NCBI RefSeq assembly: GCF_006345805.1
Contig: NC_042998.1
Coordinates: 184,264,001 to 184,328,000, forward strand
DNA length: 64,000 nucleotides
Source of the DNA: Octopus sinensis
Lineage: Eukaryota
Direction of reading: 5' to 3'
The notes under the pieces: generated by a model
Told to the model about the DNA's origin: nothing
Seen by the model: the letters and a program-made list of their open reading frames with translations, nothing else
The model's database searches: none
Translations under genes and position numbers: made by a program
Part shown: positions 1 through 13,912 of the stretch, one piece after another
Layout: every line of letters begins with the position of its first letter
How positions within the stretch are numbered: the first letter of the stretch is position 1

Positions 1-155
1 TTCTACTGGGGTCGACTTTGCCTTTTATCCTTTCAGGATTGATAAAATAAGTACCAGTTGGGTAGTGGGGGGGAGGTCAATGTTATTGAAATACCTTTCC
101 CCCAAAATTGCTGGCCTTGTACCAAAATTTGAAACCATTATTATTTAAATTTCAG

Positions 156-272
156 AGACATGCAGTTAATCATCGAATCTACACTCAAGGCTGTCTTAAA
201 GGCTTTCGGAACTGGTTTCATAAGAATGAGATCCTCATCACCATTCTAGCAGCTTTGTTTATTGCCCCACAG
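156..272 (+). CDS. Tetraspanin, penultimate coding exon (end of EC2 loop and start of TM4); gene begins upstream of window
   Basis: ttcag acceptor and gtaagt donor; 117 nt, phase 0/0; translates RHAVNHRIYTQGCLKGFRNWFHKNEILITILAALFIAPQ, the typical tetraspanin IY..GC...W followed by hydrophobic TM4. Confidence 0.85.
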
Positions 273-1254
273 GTAAGTACACTCATATATATTTTCATTA
301 TGTTGCAACATTTCCAGTTTAGACCTAGTAACTTATATGTTACTTTAAATAAAACCAGCCCAGGAGAGTTACTCTCATGTTCGTGCTTGTTCTTAATGTG
401 TTTTCGTGGTTAGTGCCACTGTTGCCCACTTGCCAATTTTATTAGCAGCTGTTTTGAAATGTTAGTGTCTTTGTTCAGATACCATTCTGCTTTTCCTAAA
501 ATCAGTATCCTTAAAACAAAAATCTCCCAATATCTGAAACAGTTAAAATAATTATAGTGGAATTGCATAATTGTTTCAACATCAGAAAGTTCCTTGAAAT
601 ATTGGGTTGTCTGGAAAGTTCATGCCAATTTATAGTAGCTTACCTTTTGACTTATTTTAGAACATGGTTGAGTCCATGAAATAGAATTTGACTACACCTC
701 CATTTAGAGCACAGTTTATGCTATCTTTTCGTGGAAGAAGGTTTATGTTCCTATAACCTGTGTTAATTCTGTAACCCTTTAAAATGGAAGATAAGAAAGT
801 TCATTTTCGGCACTTGATGCTTTGGGAACCAGACAAAAATTGCTGCAGCTTGCTGGGATGTGTTACCCCAGCCTCCATATTCGCCAGATATTGCTCCTTC
901 GGATTTCCACTTATACTGTTACCCATCTGTTGCCACTCTTTTCCAAGGATAAAGTTGTCTCCTTGGAGTTCATAGTCTTGCCAACCATATGATGGCCTCA
1001 CTAGTGCTGGTACAGGTTATAAGCACCCAGTATGGTCTGTAAAGTGGTTGGCTTTAGGAAGGGCATCCAGCCATAAAAACCATGCCCTAGCAGACACTAA
1101 AGCATGAAGCATTTCTTCAGCCCATTGGATCTGTCAAACTGTCCAACCATGCCAATATGAAACATGAATGTTAATAATGATTTAAGATTGATTTGGAATT
1201 ATAAAACTTGTATTTTTAATACATACATATATATATGTATGTATTATGTATATA

Positions 1255-1256
1255 TG

Positions 1257-1290
<34 letters not shown>

Positions 1291-1326
1291 TGTATGTATG
1301 TATGTATGTATGTATGTATGTATGTA
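1255..1326. repeat. (ATGT)n microsatellite
   Basis: Visible tetranucleotide array. Confidence 0.95.
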
Positions 1327-1410
1327 TAAAACATGATTAACAATTTTTCATTAGCAGTTTCCCCAGATTCTAAAATCCCTTATTAAAATTTCACAATTTT
1401 TTCTTTGCAG

Positions 1411-1494
1411 ATAGCCATTGTTTTATTAGCAAGAACTCAAGTCAAATTCATGAGATATAAAAAAGCAGCAGTTAAACCACCTACACAGCTTTGA
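1411..1494 (+). CDS. Tetraspanin, terminal coding exon
   Basis: ttctttgcag acceptor; continues TM4 in frame as IAIVLLARTQVKFMRYKKAAVKPPTQL then TGA. Confidence 0.8.
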   Translation: MAIVLLARTQVKFMRYKKAAVKPPTQL

Positions 1495-1892
1495 TATACG
1501 CTTGGAAAACCAAATAATTAGTAACAAATTAAAAAGCAAGTGATATCATGAGGGCACAAACACTGAACCCCATTTGCATGTTCTGTGTGAAGACAATAAG
1601 AAAGGGGAATATTTAGGAACAAGGATATTGAAGTAATTAATAAAAAGCAGCAAAACATTTTCTGTCACCAAGTAATTAATATTAATTACAAATCTTCCAA
1701 AAATTTTGTTTGAAATTGGTGTTCATTTTTCCATTTACTGTAACAACTAATTCTAAAAACCTTACAGAGAGAAGAAGGAAAACTGAAGTCAATGCTTGAA
1801 TTTATTTCAAAGTGATGTATAATTTATTTTAAAAACAAATATGTGATATTGTCTAGGGAGAACGTAATGGAAAAATTGCGAATGATTTTCAT

Positions 1893-1976
1893 CAATAATA
1901 TAATATAATATAATATAATATAATATAATATAATATAATATAATATATATATAATATAATATGATATAATATAATA
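1893..1976. repeat. (TAATA)n microsatellite
   Basis: Visible pentanucleotide array. Confidence 0.9.
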
Positions 1977-2056
1977 GGTTCTACACACATAGCGAGTCCT
2001 TTATCCAGACAATGTTTGTGGTTTTTATGTGTTTAAAAACACTTGTCTTTAACTCT

Positions 2057-2106
<50 letters not shown>

Positions 2107-2700
2107 ATGTGCAAATAGAGTAAGACCAAAATGAGAATTTTTGCTGGGCTTCTCCTTGAATTAATGGTTATTTATTGGCATTGCAAATAAAATTCTTTTT
2201 ATGAATTTTAGATATTTTATGAAGATTTACTATCAATAATGAGAATTTTAATGTTTCTTGAGACAAATTATTGCTATTAGCTGGATACTGAATGGAATAA
2301 CTTCAGACAGTGATCTAAAAAGTATATTTAATATACTTATTTATTTATTTTGTATTTCTATCTAAAATGTCGCACTTATTTCAGCTGTCTAGAATTTAAG
2401 TTTCCATTTCTATCCAGTTATTCCTTATTATCACTAATGATAGATAACAAGTTCCAATTGTTAATTTTTAATAAATGCTTAAAATTTGAACACAATTCCT
2501 ACTCCAAAGCATAACATAAGAAGTTTACCAATGACAATAAAAGTAACTATTGTCAAGAGAAAAATAAAATTTAATCAAATTGTGCAAAAACAAAAAAAAA
2601 AATGTAAATTAAACATTCCCATAATATATGATAACGGTAAAAATAATTCATTCTGATATGTGCTTTACCATATTTGAGTCTTTCATAGCTTACTAATTAA

Positions 2701-2922
2701 CCCTTTCATTACCGTATTTATTTTGAGATGCTCTGTGTCTCATTCAGTTAATTTTAAATATAATAAAGAATTTAGTAAAGGAACTTAGTTATCATTAAAC
2801 TAGTGTTGGGAACATAAGTTGTGACTAAGGTTTGGTGGAAAATTTTAATTCAATACTTATGAAAGTAAGACATTTGTACTACAGAGCCAGAGGCGGTTTT
2901 GGTCGGGTTGGTATCAAAAGGG
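2701..2922. mobile_element. piggyBac-type MITE
   Basis: TTAA target duplication on both sides; termini CCCTTTCATTACC / GGTATCAAAAGGG. Confidence 0.75.
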
Positions 2923-3495
2923 TTAAAGAATCATTTTAGGGATTTAAATGATTTTATTCTATCAAGGTTACAGTGTTATAATTACAGTTTTAGCATCAAA
3001 GGCTGTGTTTGTTGCTAGTCTATGGGCTTACTAGCTTCATATGGTGCTTAATGTAATGATCTACTCTTTGTAGTAGAAAAATGCAACTGGACTTATTTTC
3101 TTTAGTTAGTTTCAAGCTTCAATGAAACTAACTTATATTTAACAGGATGCTTCACAGACAGGTGCAAGATATGGTTATATCTTTCTGAGTAGTATCTTTT
3201 TTTCAAGAATTTTAAATATAACTTTAGTCAACAATATCTTATACAAGTGGTATATATGCATATACCCAAACACAGGAATTTATACAGAATTTTACCTATG
3301 CTTGTTTTTTTTTTTAAAAAGCATGCATTTTAATATATATATTTGTCCATACACATTATGGTTTGATACCTTTGGTCAGGAAGTGCTAGCATAGCTGGGC
3401 AGGTCATCTCAAGTATCGCATGTCACCAATCCTCTTGGTCTTTTGTCATCTCTTCTATGAGGCTCCACTTCATGAGATCAGCCTTCTCACCCCCA

Positions 3496-3496
<1 letters not shown>

Positions 3497-3535
<39 letters not shown>

Positions 3536-3539
3536 GCAG

Positions 3540-3597
<58 letters not shown>

Positions 3598-3623
3598 GCA
3601 GTCTTTCTCACACACACACACAC
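3497..3623. repeat. Compound (CA)n microsatellite with a duplicated interruption
   Basis: (CA)n-ctcacacgcagtct(c/t)tctc occurs twice. Confidence 0.95.
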
Positions 3624-4879
3624 ATTTATGCTGCCTGCATGTTCATACATAATTGAATTTTTCAGTATTGGATATAAAGCTTCATCAGTTAGTGGAAAAC
3701 CAGTAACAGCATTGTCTCTAGAAAGTTTCACTGGCTTTCTAGGACTACATTGATCACCTTAACTTAACTAAACCCAAATAGAATTATTATGTTAAAGTGT
3801 TATGTTTTATTGTTTGTGTTGGCCTTGTTGAGTTTTATTACCAGTCATGGGTGCCAATGACACATTTTAATAGGTCAAATGACAGGACCATATTATCTTA
3901 CTAGTATTTATTTTACTAATCCTTACAATATGAAAAACAAAAATTTAAACATCAGTAATGTTAGATGCTAAATTTAACTTTAAAATATTGGTCAAGAAAT
4001 TATATACAAATAAATGCTTAGGTAGGGTTTTTTAGTCAGTATTCTACTAGTCAGGCTTTTGGAAAAGATACTAAAATACAAACATTCCAATATTCAATAA
4101 TCCAACCACTCTTTATACAAAATCTACAACAAATTAATATAACTTACAAAAGAAGTGGCTTTAGGAGGACATAAACCAACAACAATTGTCAAGTGATGAG
4201 AGACAAACACAAACACAAAGCTGCATGCACATGCATACAAACATACAAACATACATACATACATACATACATACATACAAACATACATTCCTTCATACAT
4301 ACAGACAGACAGACATTCATACACATGCACAAACATGTATGCCTTATAATTTTATGTAAAAGTTAGGTTCCAAACAGCAGCTTCATAATAAAATAAGCAG
4401 AATATTTTGTAGAAATATAGTCATAAAAGGAGTTAAGGAGCTAAATGCTAGAACAACCATCTCATACTGTAGTCTTAGCAACCAAATATTTAATGAGTTC
4501 ACATTAAAACATGCTCAAACAGGCTTGAATTTTACGATTCTGAAGATGTCAGTACTGCACTTCAGAACATCTTCAATTCAATCTGGGCCACATGTGATGC
4601 ATCAGTATCATACAAATGCTATAAAAATCCCAAGAGTGCAATTTGGGAATGCCAGATCAGACTGGGCCTGGCACAGCCTTCTGGCTTCCCAGACCCCAGT
4701 TGAACTGTCCAACCCATGCTAGCATGGAAAACGGACGTTAAACGATGATGATAATGATGATGCAATTCAACTTGCCGGGAAAGAATGTCATGATGCTGAA
4801 CAGGAACATGGATTACATAGAAGAGGGAAAAGAAGAAAACACAACAGATCATCTGACCATCTCATGTAGGTGACAAAAA

Positions 4880-6625
4880 AAGGCATTGCTTGAACTTGAA
4901 CAATATATAGCAACCAACCCTGACAGCAATGCATTCTGGAAACGTACATTTGAAGCAAAACCTCACTCTCCAGTTGGCTTTCTTTGCAATCCCCACACAG
5001 GTCAAATTACTAATGACCCCAAAAAATATACAGAACTTAGGGCTGAAAGCTATACTGGCATTTTAACTGTTGAAAATCCAAATGTACCATCTCCACCTCT
5101 GATACCAAATTCTATAACATCTGTGGAATTTACACCTGCAATGCTGCTATGTCACCTTAAGAATAAGCGCAACTATGCCTCTCGTGGCCTTAATGGTGTT
5201 ACTTATCTGCTTCTCAAATGCACTGAGTTCTTTCTTTTGCACTAGTTTTCATTCTCCTTCCAATTCTGCTTTCATAACTGTATCTCTAGAGCAGTGGACA
5301 ATTGCCAGCTTCATTATCCTGTTCAGAACAGGGTGATCACACATCACCTGCCGACTACTGTCCAGTCAGTCTTATTAGCTGCATTGCTGAACAGATGGAG
5401 TTTTGTATCAGAGAAATGCTCTGAAACTTCTGGAGCTTTCACAGCCTGATTTTAACCTCACAATTTGGATTTATTCCTAACTCCAGCTGCTGTAGCCAAA
5501 GAAAGTTTTTATAACTGGTTGAAGTCCTTCGTTCTTGGTCAAAAAGAGATAGTCACAGTTCTAGGACATCATTCTTCACCTTAAGAAACAACATCTGGTG
5601 TACCTCAGGAATCCGTTTGGACCTTTATTGTTTGTTGGATATATTAATGACATAGATACCGACTTGAAGAATGTTACAGTGTTGAAATATGCAGATGACA
5701 TCAAACTGTAGCTTGGGAGAAAAAGAACAAACCCTATGTGCTATGATCTTTCCTACAAATGGACTTGGACACAAGCAACAATGGATTACTGACTTGTAAC
5801 TCAAGCTGGCAATTGACAAGTGTATCACCATGCATTTTGGGAGGAAAAATCCAGCTTTTACAAACTACCAATCTTAAGAAGTTTCTTAGTGAACATGACT
5901 GGGACATTATTGGCAACAGGGATTTGCATTGGACAAACTACATCTCTAAAATTGTAAAAACTGCTGAGGGTGTTTTAGCATCACTCAGTAAGACTTTTGT
6001 CAGCTGCTCTCCAGTTATCTATCTAAAACTGTATATGACTCTAGTATATCCACATATAGAGTTTGTATCACCAGTCTGAAACACTTATCTCACTCAGCAT
6101 ATCAGTCTTCTGGAAGCTGTTCAGAAACATGCAACCAGACGAGAACTCACCATCAGGCACCTACCATAACCTGAATGTCTTACAGCATAGATACATCAAA
6201 GCTCTAAAGTCTGGCAACTGACTTCACGGACACTCACAAGATTATCCATCATCTTTCCAACAACAACCTTGAGCACCTTGAATTCAATAATACGACCAAC
6301 ACTCAAGGACCATGCTTACTAAATCAAGAAACAACAAGGCACCCATGACTTTCAGAAGCATTTCTTCATGTTCAGAATTCCTGAAGCATGGAATAATCTA
6401 CCCGCATCAGTTGTCATCTGTTGGGACACTACATCTTTCAAAACTTCCAAGATTCCTGAAATTCACCGGCAGTACACCTGATATCCCCTGCCTATTTTCT
6501 TTAAATATCTTACTCACTGTTCACTTCTTGTGCACACCCTATGTACTGTTCTTGCAGTTCTGGCTGATTTTTTTGATGAGTTGTAGTACACCTGACCTCT
6601 GTATACAATAAGTTTATTATATTAT
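4880..6625 (+). mobile_element. CR1/L2-type LINE remnant (degraded RT and 3' end)
   Basis: Interrupted frames with SGVPQ.SV (about 5595-5620), KYADDIKL (about 5685-5710) and the ..QGPC/TRGH..FRK.FF..WN.LP-type C-terminus; short-repeat tail. Confidence 0.85.
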
Positions 6626-8685
6626 ATATTACTTGTTGAAACCTTTTGGATTGATTCCAAATAATCAACTGACTACTCTGACAGGTTTAGTGTAGTTATT
6701 CATCAAATTTATATATAAACTAGACAGGTTTTAAAAAGAGTAGTTTTTGTCAACATCTAGAGAAAGAACCACATCAACAAAAAAACTTATAAATAATATT
6801 GATAAAATGTATAATTTTACATACTATAGTAATAATGTATTGCTAACATTTGTATGAGTCAAAACAGAGGCAGCATTCTCGCAGATTAGAAAATTTATAT
6901 ATTTTTTTAAGTACATATGTATGATAAATATTAATAACAAAATATAATAAAGATGTGATAATACATAGCAATTATTGATGAATGTGAAAAGCAACAAAAG
7001 CAATTCTTAATTAGATGTATAATCAATGAACAAGCAATAGGCCAGAGTATTAGTACTAAAAAAATTATATCAGGGAAATATTCTGTTAAAACAATGAGAC
7101 ATACACAGGTCGCTCAACAATCAGGAGTGAAATATTTGTTCTGTATAACATGAAACATTGTACTAATGCTTTGTTAGCATACCACAAATAATTAACCATT
7201 AAAATATTTGGAAATAAATGAAGATAGAGTACATGAAAAAATATGAGTTACAAACATTTTAAAAACTCCTAATAGAGATCAACAAACTTATATGAAATGT
7301 AACAAAGTTTAATGAAACATCTAAAAGAAAAAGCACATGCAAACACACACATGTACATATACACACACACATACACATCCATGCAGACAGGCATACAGAA
7401 TCAAATATATATGTCTAGCAACAAATGATTACAGATTCTTGATACTGTTTTAGTTCCAACAAAAGAGACTAGTCCCTTTGTTAACTGCTTTTATTCTCTT
7501 GCGAACGAAACAGCATATAAATATTAAGAAGAAGAATTTACTATTGTTGCTGATAAGAATGTATTATCCTCAATGATTTAATTCCCTGCCAGTTGGATTG
7601 GTGCAAGATGCCCACAACAGACACATAGCCTGCCATTTTCCTGCCATTTATACATCCATCCATACATACTTAAGAAACTAATATATACATATCTGGTGAT
7701 ATTGACTGTGTGCATACATTTCTATTTTCTGCACTACTAAATCAACTGTGAAGCTTTCTGTCTAAAAGTTGGTTTCTCTCTTTTCAACATTGAATATATA
7801 AACAAAAAAGAAATTAAAATAAAACTAAAAAAATAAATTCATTCATAATTCTATTTACCACTTTACGCACATTAAAGAAGCTAGTAATATTTCAATGCTT
7901 AATTAGGCATAAAAAATAGTTTTAATCATAAATCAAATATGAGATGTAAATTATCACAGGAAGATAATTGTCATTGGTTGAGATATGAAGATTGCATTAA
8001 AAGATGATCTGTCTAAATAATATTTCTTTTAAAAATCAAAGATATAAAATATTCTCAAATATATGTTCCAGAATATTTTGTTAACATCCCGGGTATTTTT
8101 CTTTAACATGTTAAGAATGCTCTCAAAATGCTGATTTGAAAAATAAAAATATTAACAACAACAACAACTACAACAACAACAACGATAATAATAATAATAA
8201 AAATAAAAGCACCCTGGGGCCTCAAGAAGTATTGATTTTAACTGATTGAAACGATTCCTTTCAAACGGGGCAAAGTTTACATGTAAACAATAAAAATTTG
8301 TAGTAATTTTTAATTGTTATATTTACAAAAATAAATTCAGTTTTTAGAAGCTTTGCCCAACTGGAGTGATGATGATGATGAGGCAGAACCACTCATCTGG
8401 GATTCAGCTTTTGTAGTTGATATCTTCAGTTCTTCAGCCTTCATTGACATTTGATAGACACTGATTTGTTAATTGATTAAAAAAAAATTAATAAAAATAG
8501 TTGTTCTCCCTTCATTTTTAAATGACCAAATTTTAGAATTTATATTTAGTTGTCTGCTTAATAAATACAATAATTTTAACAAACATATATTTATTGGCAC
8601 CTTCCAGGCCCAAAGGGCTCAAAAATGAATGATGCTTAGTTCCAGTTTTATGGATTATACATATATATATATATAGGTATTTCAT

Positions 8686-8793
8686 TTCATATCGGCTACC
8701 TCTGATGAGTATAGGGTTATATAATTGGATTGTTACCCAGCATTCCCTTGTACCCCTAGTATGAAACCAATTGGTAAGATCAGCTGTGATGAA
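8686..8793 (+). ncRNA. Decayed type I hammerhead ribozyme motif (Penelope/retrozyme-like)
   Basis: CTGATGA 8702-8708, stem II gtatagggt/acccctagtat, GAAA 8763-8766, palindromic stem III ACCAATTGGT 8766-8775, UA cleavage site, interrupted stem I ttcatatcggct..ct / ag..agctgtgatgaa. Confidence 0.55.
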
Positions 8794-10709
8794 TATAAAA
8801 TACTGTACACTTTGGATAATATATATATATATATATTGTGGGGAGCTGGAGGGTTGGTTTGTATGGTCAATTTTTCCTTTCCAAAATAAATAATACGACT
8901 TGCTATATTTTCATTAAAACTTTGCCAAAATTTTTTTCTCATGCCACAACTACATGTTTGTTTCACTGTAAGAAGTAACCATGATGATCATACTTCAATA
9001 TGCTGATGAAACTAAATATTATGGATTTGCTTTTTTGCTATCATTTGAGGCAGAATATTTATGAAAGTTGTTATGGGAAACACCATTGTAATTGCTTCTG
9101 TCAAATATATTCCAAGGAAAACGGTTCCTTTTGGAAATGATTTTATACTTCATAGAAAAAAAATTCCATTTGTAAATTTGTATGTAACTTACTAAAATTA
9201 ATTAATGTGCAAACGAGAAAAATCAATTCATATATAGATTTCCTTAGCAAGAAATATGGCGCTTAACTCACTGAAACCAAAATAATTAATTGAAAAAGAA
9301 TTTTAAAATATTTACTACAAATATTTCAACATTTAAGCATTAAAATTACTAAAACTTCTTCCAATTTTTGGTGATGGAATTTACAATAATAAGTGAAATT
9401 GGATATTTTTTTTAAGACTATGAGAATTTAAATTCACATGTACTTTCTTTCCTTGAACAAGTTATGCATTAAAATATTTGCATACAGGAAAAAAAATAAA
9501 TAAAAGCATAAAAAGAAACCTGAATTGAGACTTTTTCACAATTATGGAATCTAGGATTAACAAAAAAAATGAACAAAATTTCAGCTAAAAATTATACCAA
9601 TTTATCTTGTCGTTGGAAATTAAACTACATTTTTGCAGGCTTTATAAAGTTTATAGTAAGTATCATAAAAATGGATACTTAAGCAGGAATGAATATTAAG
9701 TAAATATCAAAAGAAGAGTACTGAAATCAAAAAACAAAAAGAAAAAGAAAAATGAAAAGAAAAAAGTTAAACAAAAACAAAAAGAAAATGATAAAAGGAA
9801 AAGATATAGAAAAAAGTAAACAAATGTATGGAATTTGGTATTGATTTTCATTGCAGTTAATTGCATATCTTCTTTTTCTCTTGAACTGCTGAGAGACATT
9901 TGCATTTAACTCTTTCCATTCAAATAAAATTTGTACCCTATGATTACATGACTTCTGAGATTATTTTTTGGGTGAGGTTTACAAATACAAACACACATAT
10001 ATTTAAATGCGCATGTGCATGTGTGTGTGTACGTGTGTGTACCCATATATGCACATGTGTGCTTGTATGTTTGTGCATATTTGATTTCATATGTTGTACA
10101 TTTGAGGTTATGACATCATGGCATTTTCTATGGTCAACAATATGGATTGGAGTATATTTATTGTGGTATCAGCATGAGAATGGCTGTCTGACTTGTATGA
10201 ACATCATCTCTACAATAGGCTTTAATTAATCAATATGTTGTTACTGGCTAATCCTGTCATTCCAGCAATGACCATCCTATGATTTTAGAAGTATCTAATG
10301 CTACCTTATCTAATACTTTTGCCACTTTTTCAAGATTGTGTAGTGTGATTTTCAGGGGATTTGGCTGCTGTTTCCAACAATTCAAGCTCCTCATTGACTC
10401 ATAGTTAATCATTATTGACTGTAAAAGTCAATAATGCACTGAAAAATGGTAAGTCTAGAAATTTCAAACTGATGAAATAAAAGCATGCAAATGTTAACAG
10501 AATGTCAGAGAAAAGTTAATGCAAGACAGGGTTAGTTTGGGTTGTAGTTTAGGCACAGGCATGGCTTTGTGGTTAAGAAGATCACTTTGCAACTATGTAG
10601 TTTCAGGTTCAATCCCCACTACATGGCACCTTGGACAAGTGCCTTTTACTATAGTCCTTAACAGGCAAATGCCTTGTGAATAAATTTGGTAGATGGAAAC
10701 TGTGGAAGC

Positions 10710-10743
<34 letters not shown>

Positions 10744-10745
<2 letters not shown>

Positions 10746-11264
10746 GTGAATCCTCGAGTATAGTCTGCCCTTGAATATAATATGCAGGGGATTTTTAGGG
10801 AGCTGTACCTCTGAAAAACCTAAACCTTGTGTATAATACGCACCCCTTCTCTAACTTGAGTCAAGGAGGTCTATATAATATCCTTGGTTTGCAAAAATAT
10901 ATATGGTAACATCCTTTATTATTATTGCATATATAACATAATACAAACGTGTAGCTTTTTTGTGCATTTTGTTTGCAGAAAATAAAGAAATAACAGTAAT
11001 AAGAGTAATAACGTTTAACAAATGTTGCTTGCTACAAGTTATGGATGATTCTTTTATGACTTCATTGCTTTCAGGCTTAGCTTAAGGTATTTTCGCGTCC
11101 GACATCACAAAATGCATCTGAATAAAAATTGCTGGACAACAAATAGTGACTCGGACATTGCTTAGAAAATAATTTTCATTTTTAACCTCGGATATAGTAC
11201 GCACTAGGGATTTTGACCTTTAAATTTTGGGAAAAAAATGCGGATTATACTTGAGGATTTACGG
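10744..11264. mobile_element. pogo/Tigger-like (Tc1/mariner) non-autonomous element inserted into the (TA)n of a SINE
   Basis: TIRs ccgtgaatcctcgagtatagtctgc / gcggattatacttgaggatttacgg with TA on both sides; it splits the SINE at 10553-11485. Confidence 0.8.
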
Positions 11265-12819
11265 TATATGTGTGTGTGTGTGTGTGTGTGCACGCGTGTG
11301 TCTGTGTGCATGTGTGTATGGATACAATGATACACACATATATATGTATATACACACACATATGTGTGTGTGTATCTTTGTGTTCACCTCCCCCACCCAC
11401 TGCTTGACAACCAGTGTTAGTTTGTTTACATCCCTATAATGTAGCAATTCAGCAAAAGAGATTGACAGAATAAGTACCAGATACTAAGCAACCAACTTGT
11501 GACCTCTATCACCAGCGTGACTTCAATTTAACAGGAGATAAAAGCCTGAACCCAAAACATAGCAATTTGAATACTGAAAACAAAGTTGCTTGCCTTGATT
11601 TTCAATCTTCCTCCTTTCTCAATGCAAATTACAAATCTAGGATTAGCTGTATTGGATACCAATCCAGGATTTTGAAGCTGAGGGATGGGATCCATAACCT
11701 AGGATAAGAACCTACTCCAAGTACAGTTAGCCACAGTCAGCTGAGCATGGGACTGGTATAAGGCAGGGCAGTCACACTGTAGTAATGACTGAGGTTCCTA
11801 CCTGCTACCTACTTCATAAGGAGTTGGAGAAACTAAGAGGCTAAGAGTAAAAGAAAGCACAAAATCCCATTGGTGTCAGCCAGCTTGAGAATTTCTGGCT
11901 GCTGAATCAATCTCAAATTACATCCTACCATCTTAAAAAAAAGAAAGGAATGATAGATCGGTTAATGTGAAGCTGAAGGCATTACATCATCATCATCATC
12001 ATCGTTTAATGTCCGCCTTCCATGCTGGCATGGGTTGGATGGTTTGACAGGAGCTGGCCAGGCAGAAGACTACACCAGACTTCACTGTCTGTTTTGGCAT
12101 TGTTTTATGGCTGGATGCCCTTCCTAACACCAACCACCCAGCAGATTGGACTGAATGGACTGAATTAAAATGATACATTATGATATTGCAAGCCTTTGAG
12201 CAGAGATGACCTGCAGCCAAGCAACAACAACAACAAGCAAAACATACTAGCAGCAAAGACAACAACAACAAAAGCAATTCATTGTAATATAAAAATAATG
12301 ACTAATTGTATACAGTACTGAGGTGCACTAGGGCTAAAGGTAGAGACCCTCTTCAGTCATTAATAACCAGAGAATTGCACAAAGAAAGTTCCCCACCAAG
12401 GCACAAGTCCATGCAAGATTGGTTGTGGAAGAGCAGCAGTTGCCCATACATACCAGTCTCCCTTCTCCTTGCCACCTATGTTGTCTAAGATAAAGGCAAA
12501 TGCCAATACAGCTTGGCAGCACTGATGCTGCAATTCATTTCTACAGCTGAGTGAACTGGTGCAATGTGAAATAAAGTGTCCTACTCAAGAACACAATAAA
12601 CAGCTCAGTCCAGGAATCAAACTCACAATGTGTAAAACCAGCACTTTAACCAGTGAGTCTTCACTTGTGGTACACTACAACTCATCAAAATGGGTTAAAA
12701 ATGAGGAAATAAAGCAGTCATAAGTCAGATGAAGAAAGACTGCAATGAAAGCTAAAAGTATACATTTATAGCACACAAAATAAAACCGTAGAAGACAGAA
12801 AAATGAACATTAAAAGACT

Positions 12820-13515
12820 CATAGAGAAGAAAGGGTGCAGAAGCATGTCAGGAGGCTTGGAAGTTTTGAAGAATTCAGAGTCCTGACAGCAAACAATTGA
12901 CATGGGTAATTTATTCTATACTTCAACAATTCTGAACATGAAATATGTTTCCAGAAGTCATGGTTGCTGTATTGTTTTTTTTTGAAAAATTTTATAAGCA
13001 TATCCACGATTGGTAGAGGTATTGAATTCAAAAAGGTGCCCAAAGCTGTTGTTGGAAAGATGGTGAATAATCTTGTAGGCTTATTCCAAGTCAGTTGCTA
13101 GATGTTGAACTTTAGTGTGTCAATGCCCGAAAAAGCAATACATTGAAGATTAAGTGACTTACAGAGGACATTCATCTGGTTGCAAATCTTTGGACAACTT
13201 CTGGCAGTTCAATATTCTGGACAAGATGGGGTTTCCAGATATGAGATGCAAACTGTATAGATGGGTCAGAACCATATATAGCTTTAGATAGATAACTGGT
13301 GAGTGGATGATAGATGACATACTGAGTGATGCTAAGATACCTTCAGTCTTTTGTCAATTTTAGAAATGTGGTTTGTCCAATGTAGATCATTGTTGATAAT
13401 AATGTCAAGGTCTTACTCACCAACAGATATCATAAAGCTGGTATTTACCAATTGGATTTTTTCTCCCAAAAATGTATAGAGGTACACTTGTCTAGAGTTA
13501 GCTTGAGTTGCCAGT
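12820..13515 (-). mobile_element. CR1-type LINE 3' fragment; its tail lies at 12300-12345, separated by a SINE
   Basis: Reverse-complement similarity to 5650-6500. Confidence 0.7.
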
Positions 13516-13912
13516 TACTCTTTTACTTGTTTCAGTCATTTGACTGTGGCCATGCTGGAGCACTGCCTTTAGTCAAGCAGATCGACCTCAGGACTTATTC
13601 TTTGTAAGCCTAGTACTTATTCTATCGGTCTCTTTTGCCGAACCTCTAAGTTATGGGGATGTAAACACACCAGCATCGGTTGTCAAGCAATGTTGGGGGG
13701 ACAAACACAGACACACAAACATATACACACACTTACATATATACATATATATACATATATATGATGGGCTTCTTTCAGTTTCCATCTACCAAATTCACTT
13801 ACAAGGCTTTGGTCAGCCCGAGGCTATAGTAGAAGATACTTGCCCAAGGTGCCACACAGTGGGACTGAAACCAGAACCATGTGCAAACTACTTACCACAC
13901 AGCCACTGCTGC
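13516..13912 (-). mobile_element. tRNA-derived SINE, family A
   Basis: Full reverse-complement copy. Confidence 0.85.

Noticed and set aside
3420-3753. HT/CV/YI-rich ORFs here and at 11227, 27053, 36251, 44818 and 61277
   Set aside because: Translations of dinucleotide microsatellites.
7580-7672. Minus-strand GRLCVCCGHLA looked like the start of a MYND finger for DEAF1
   Set aside because: A stop follows within 8 codons and the remaining Cys/His ligands are absent.
8736-8783. Possible minus-strand micro-exon LILPIGFILGVQGNAG that could splice in phase to 8459
   Set aside because: It is the antisense of the hammerhead motif, has no recognisable homology, and the downstream acceptor is weak.
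8979-9040. ILQYADETK resembles the reverse transcriptase YADD motif
   Set aside because: Isolated, with no flanking RT motifs; may be chance or an unrecognisable relic.
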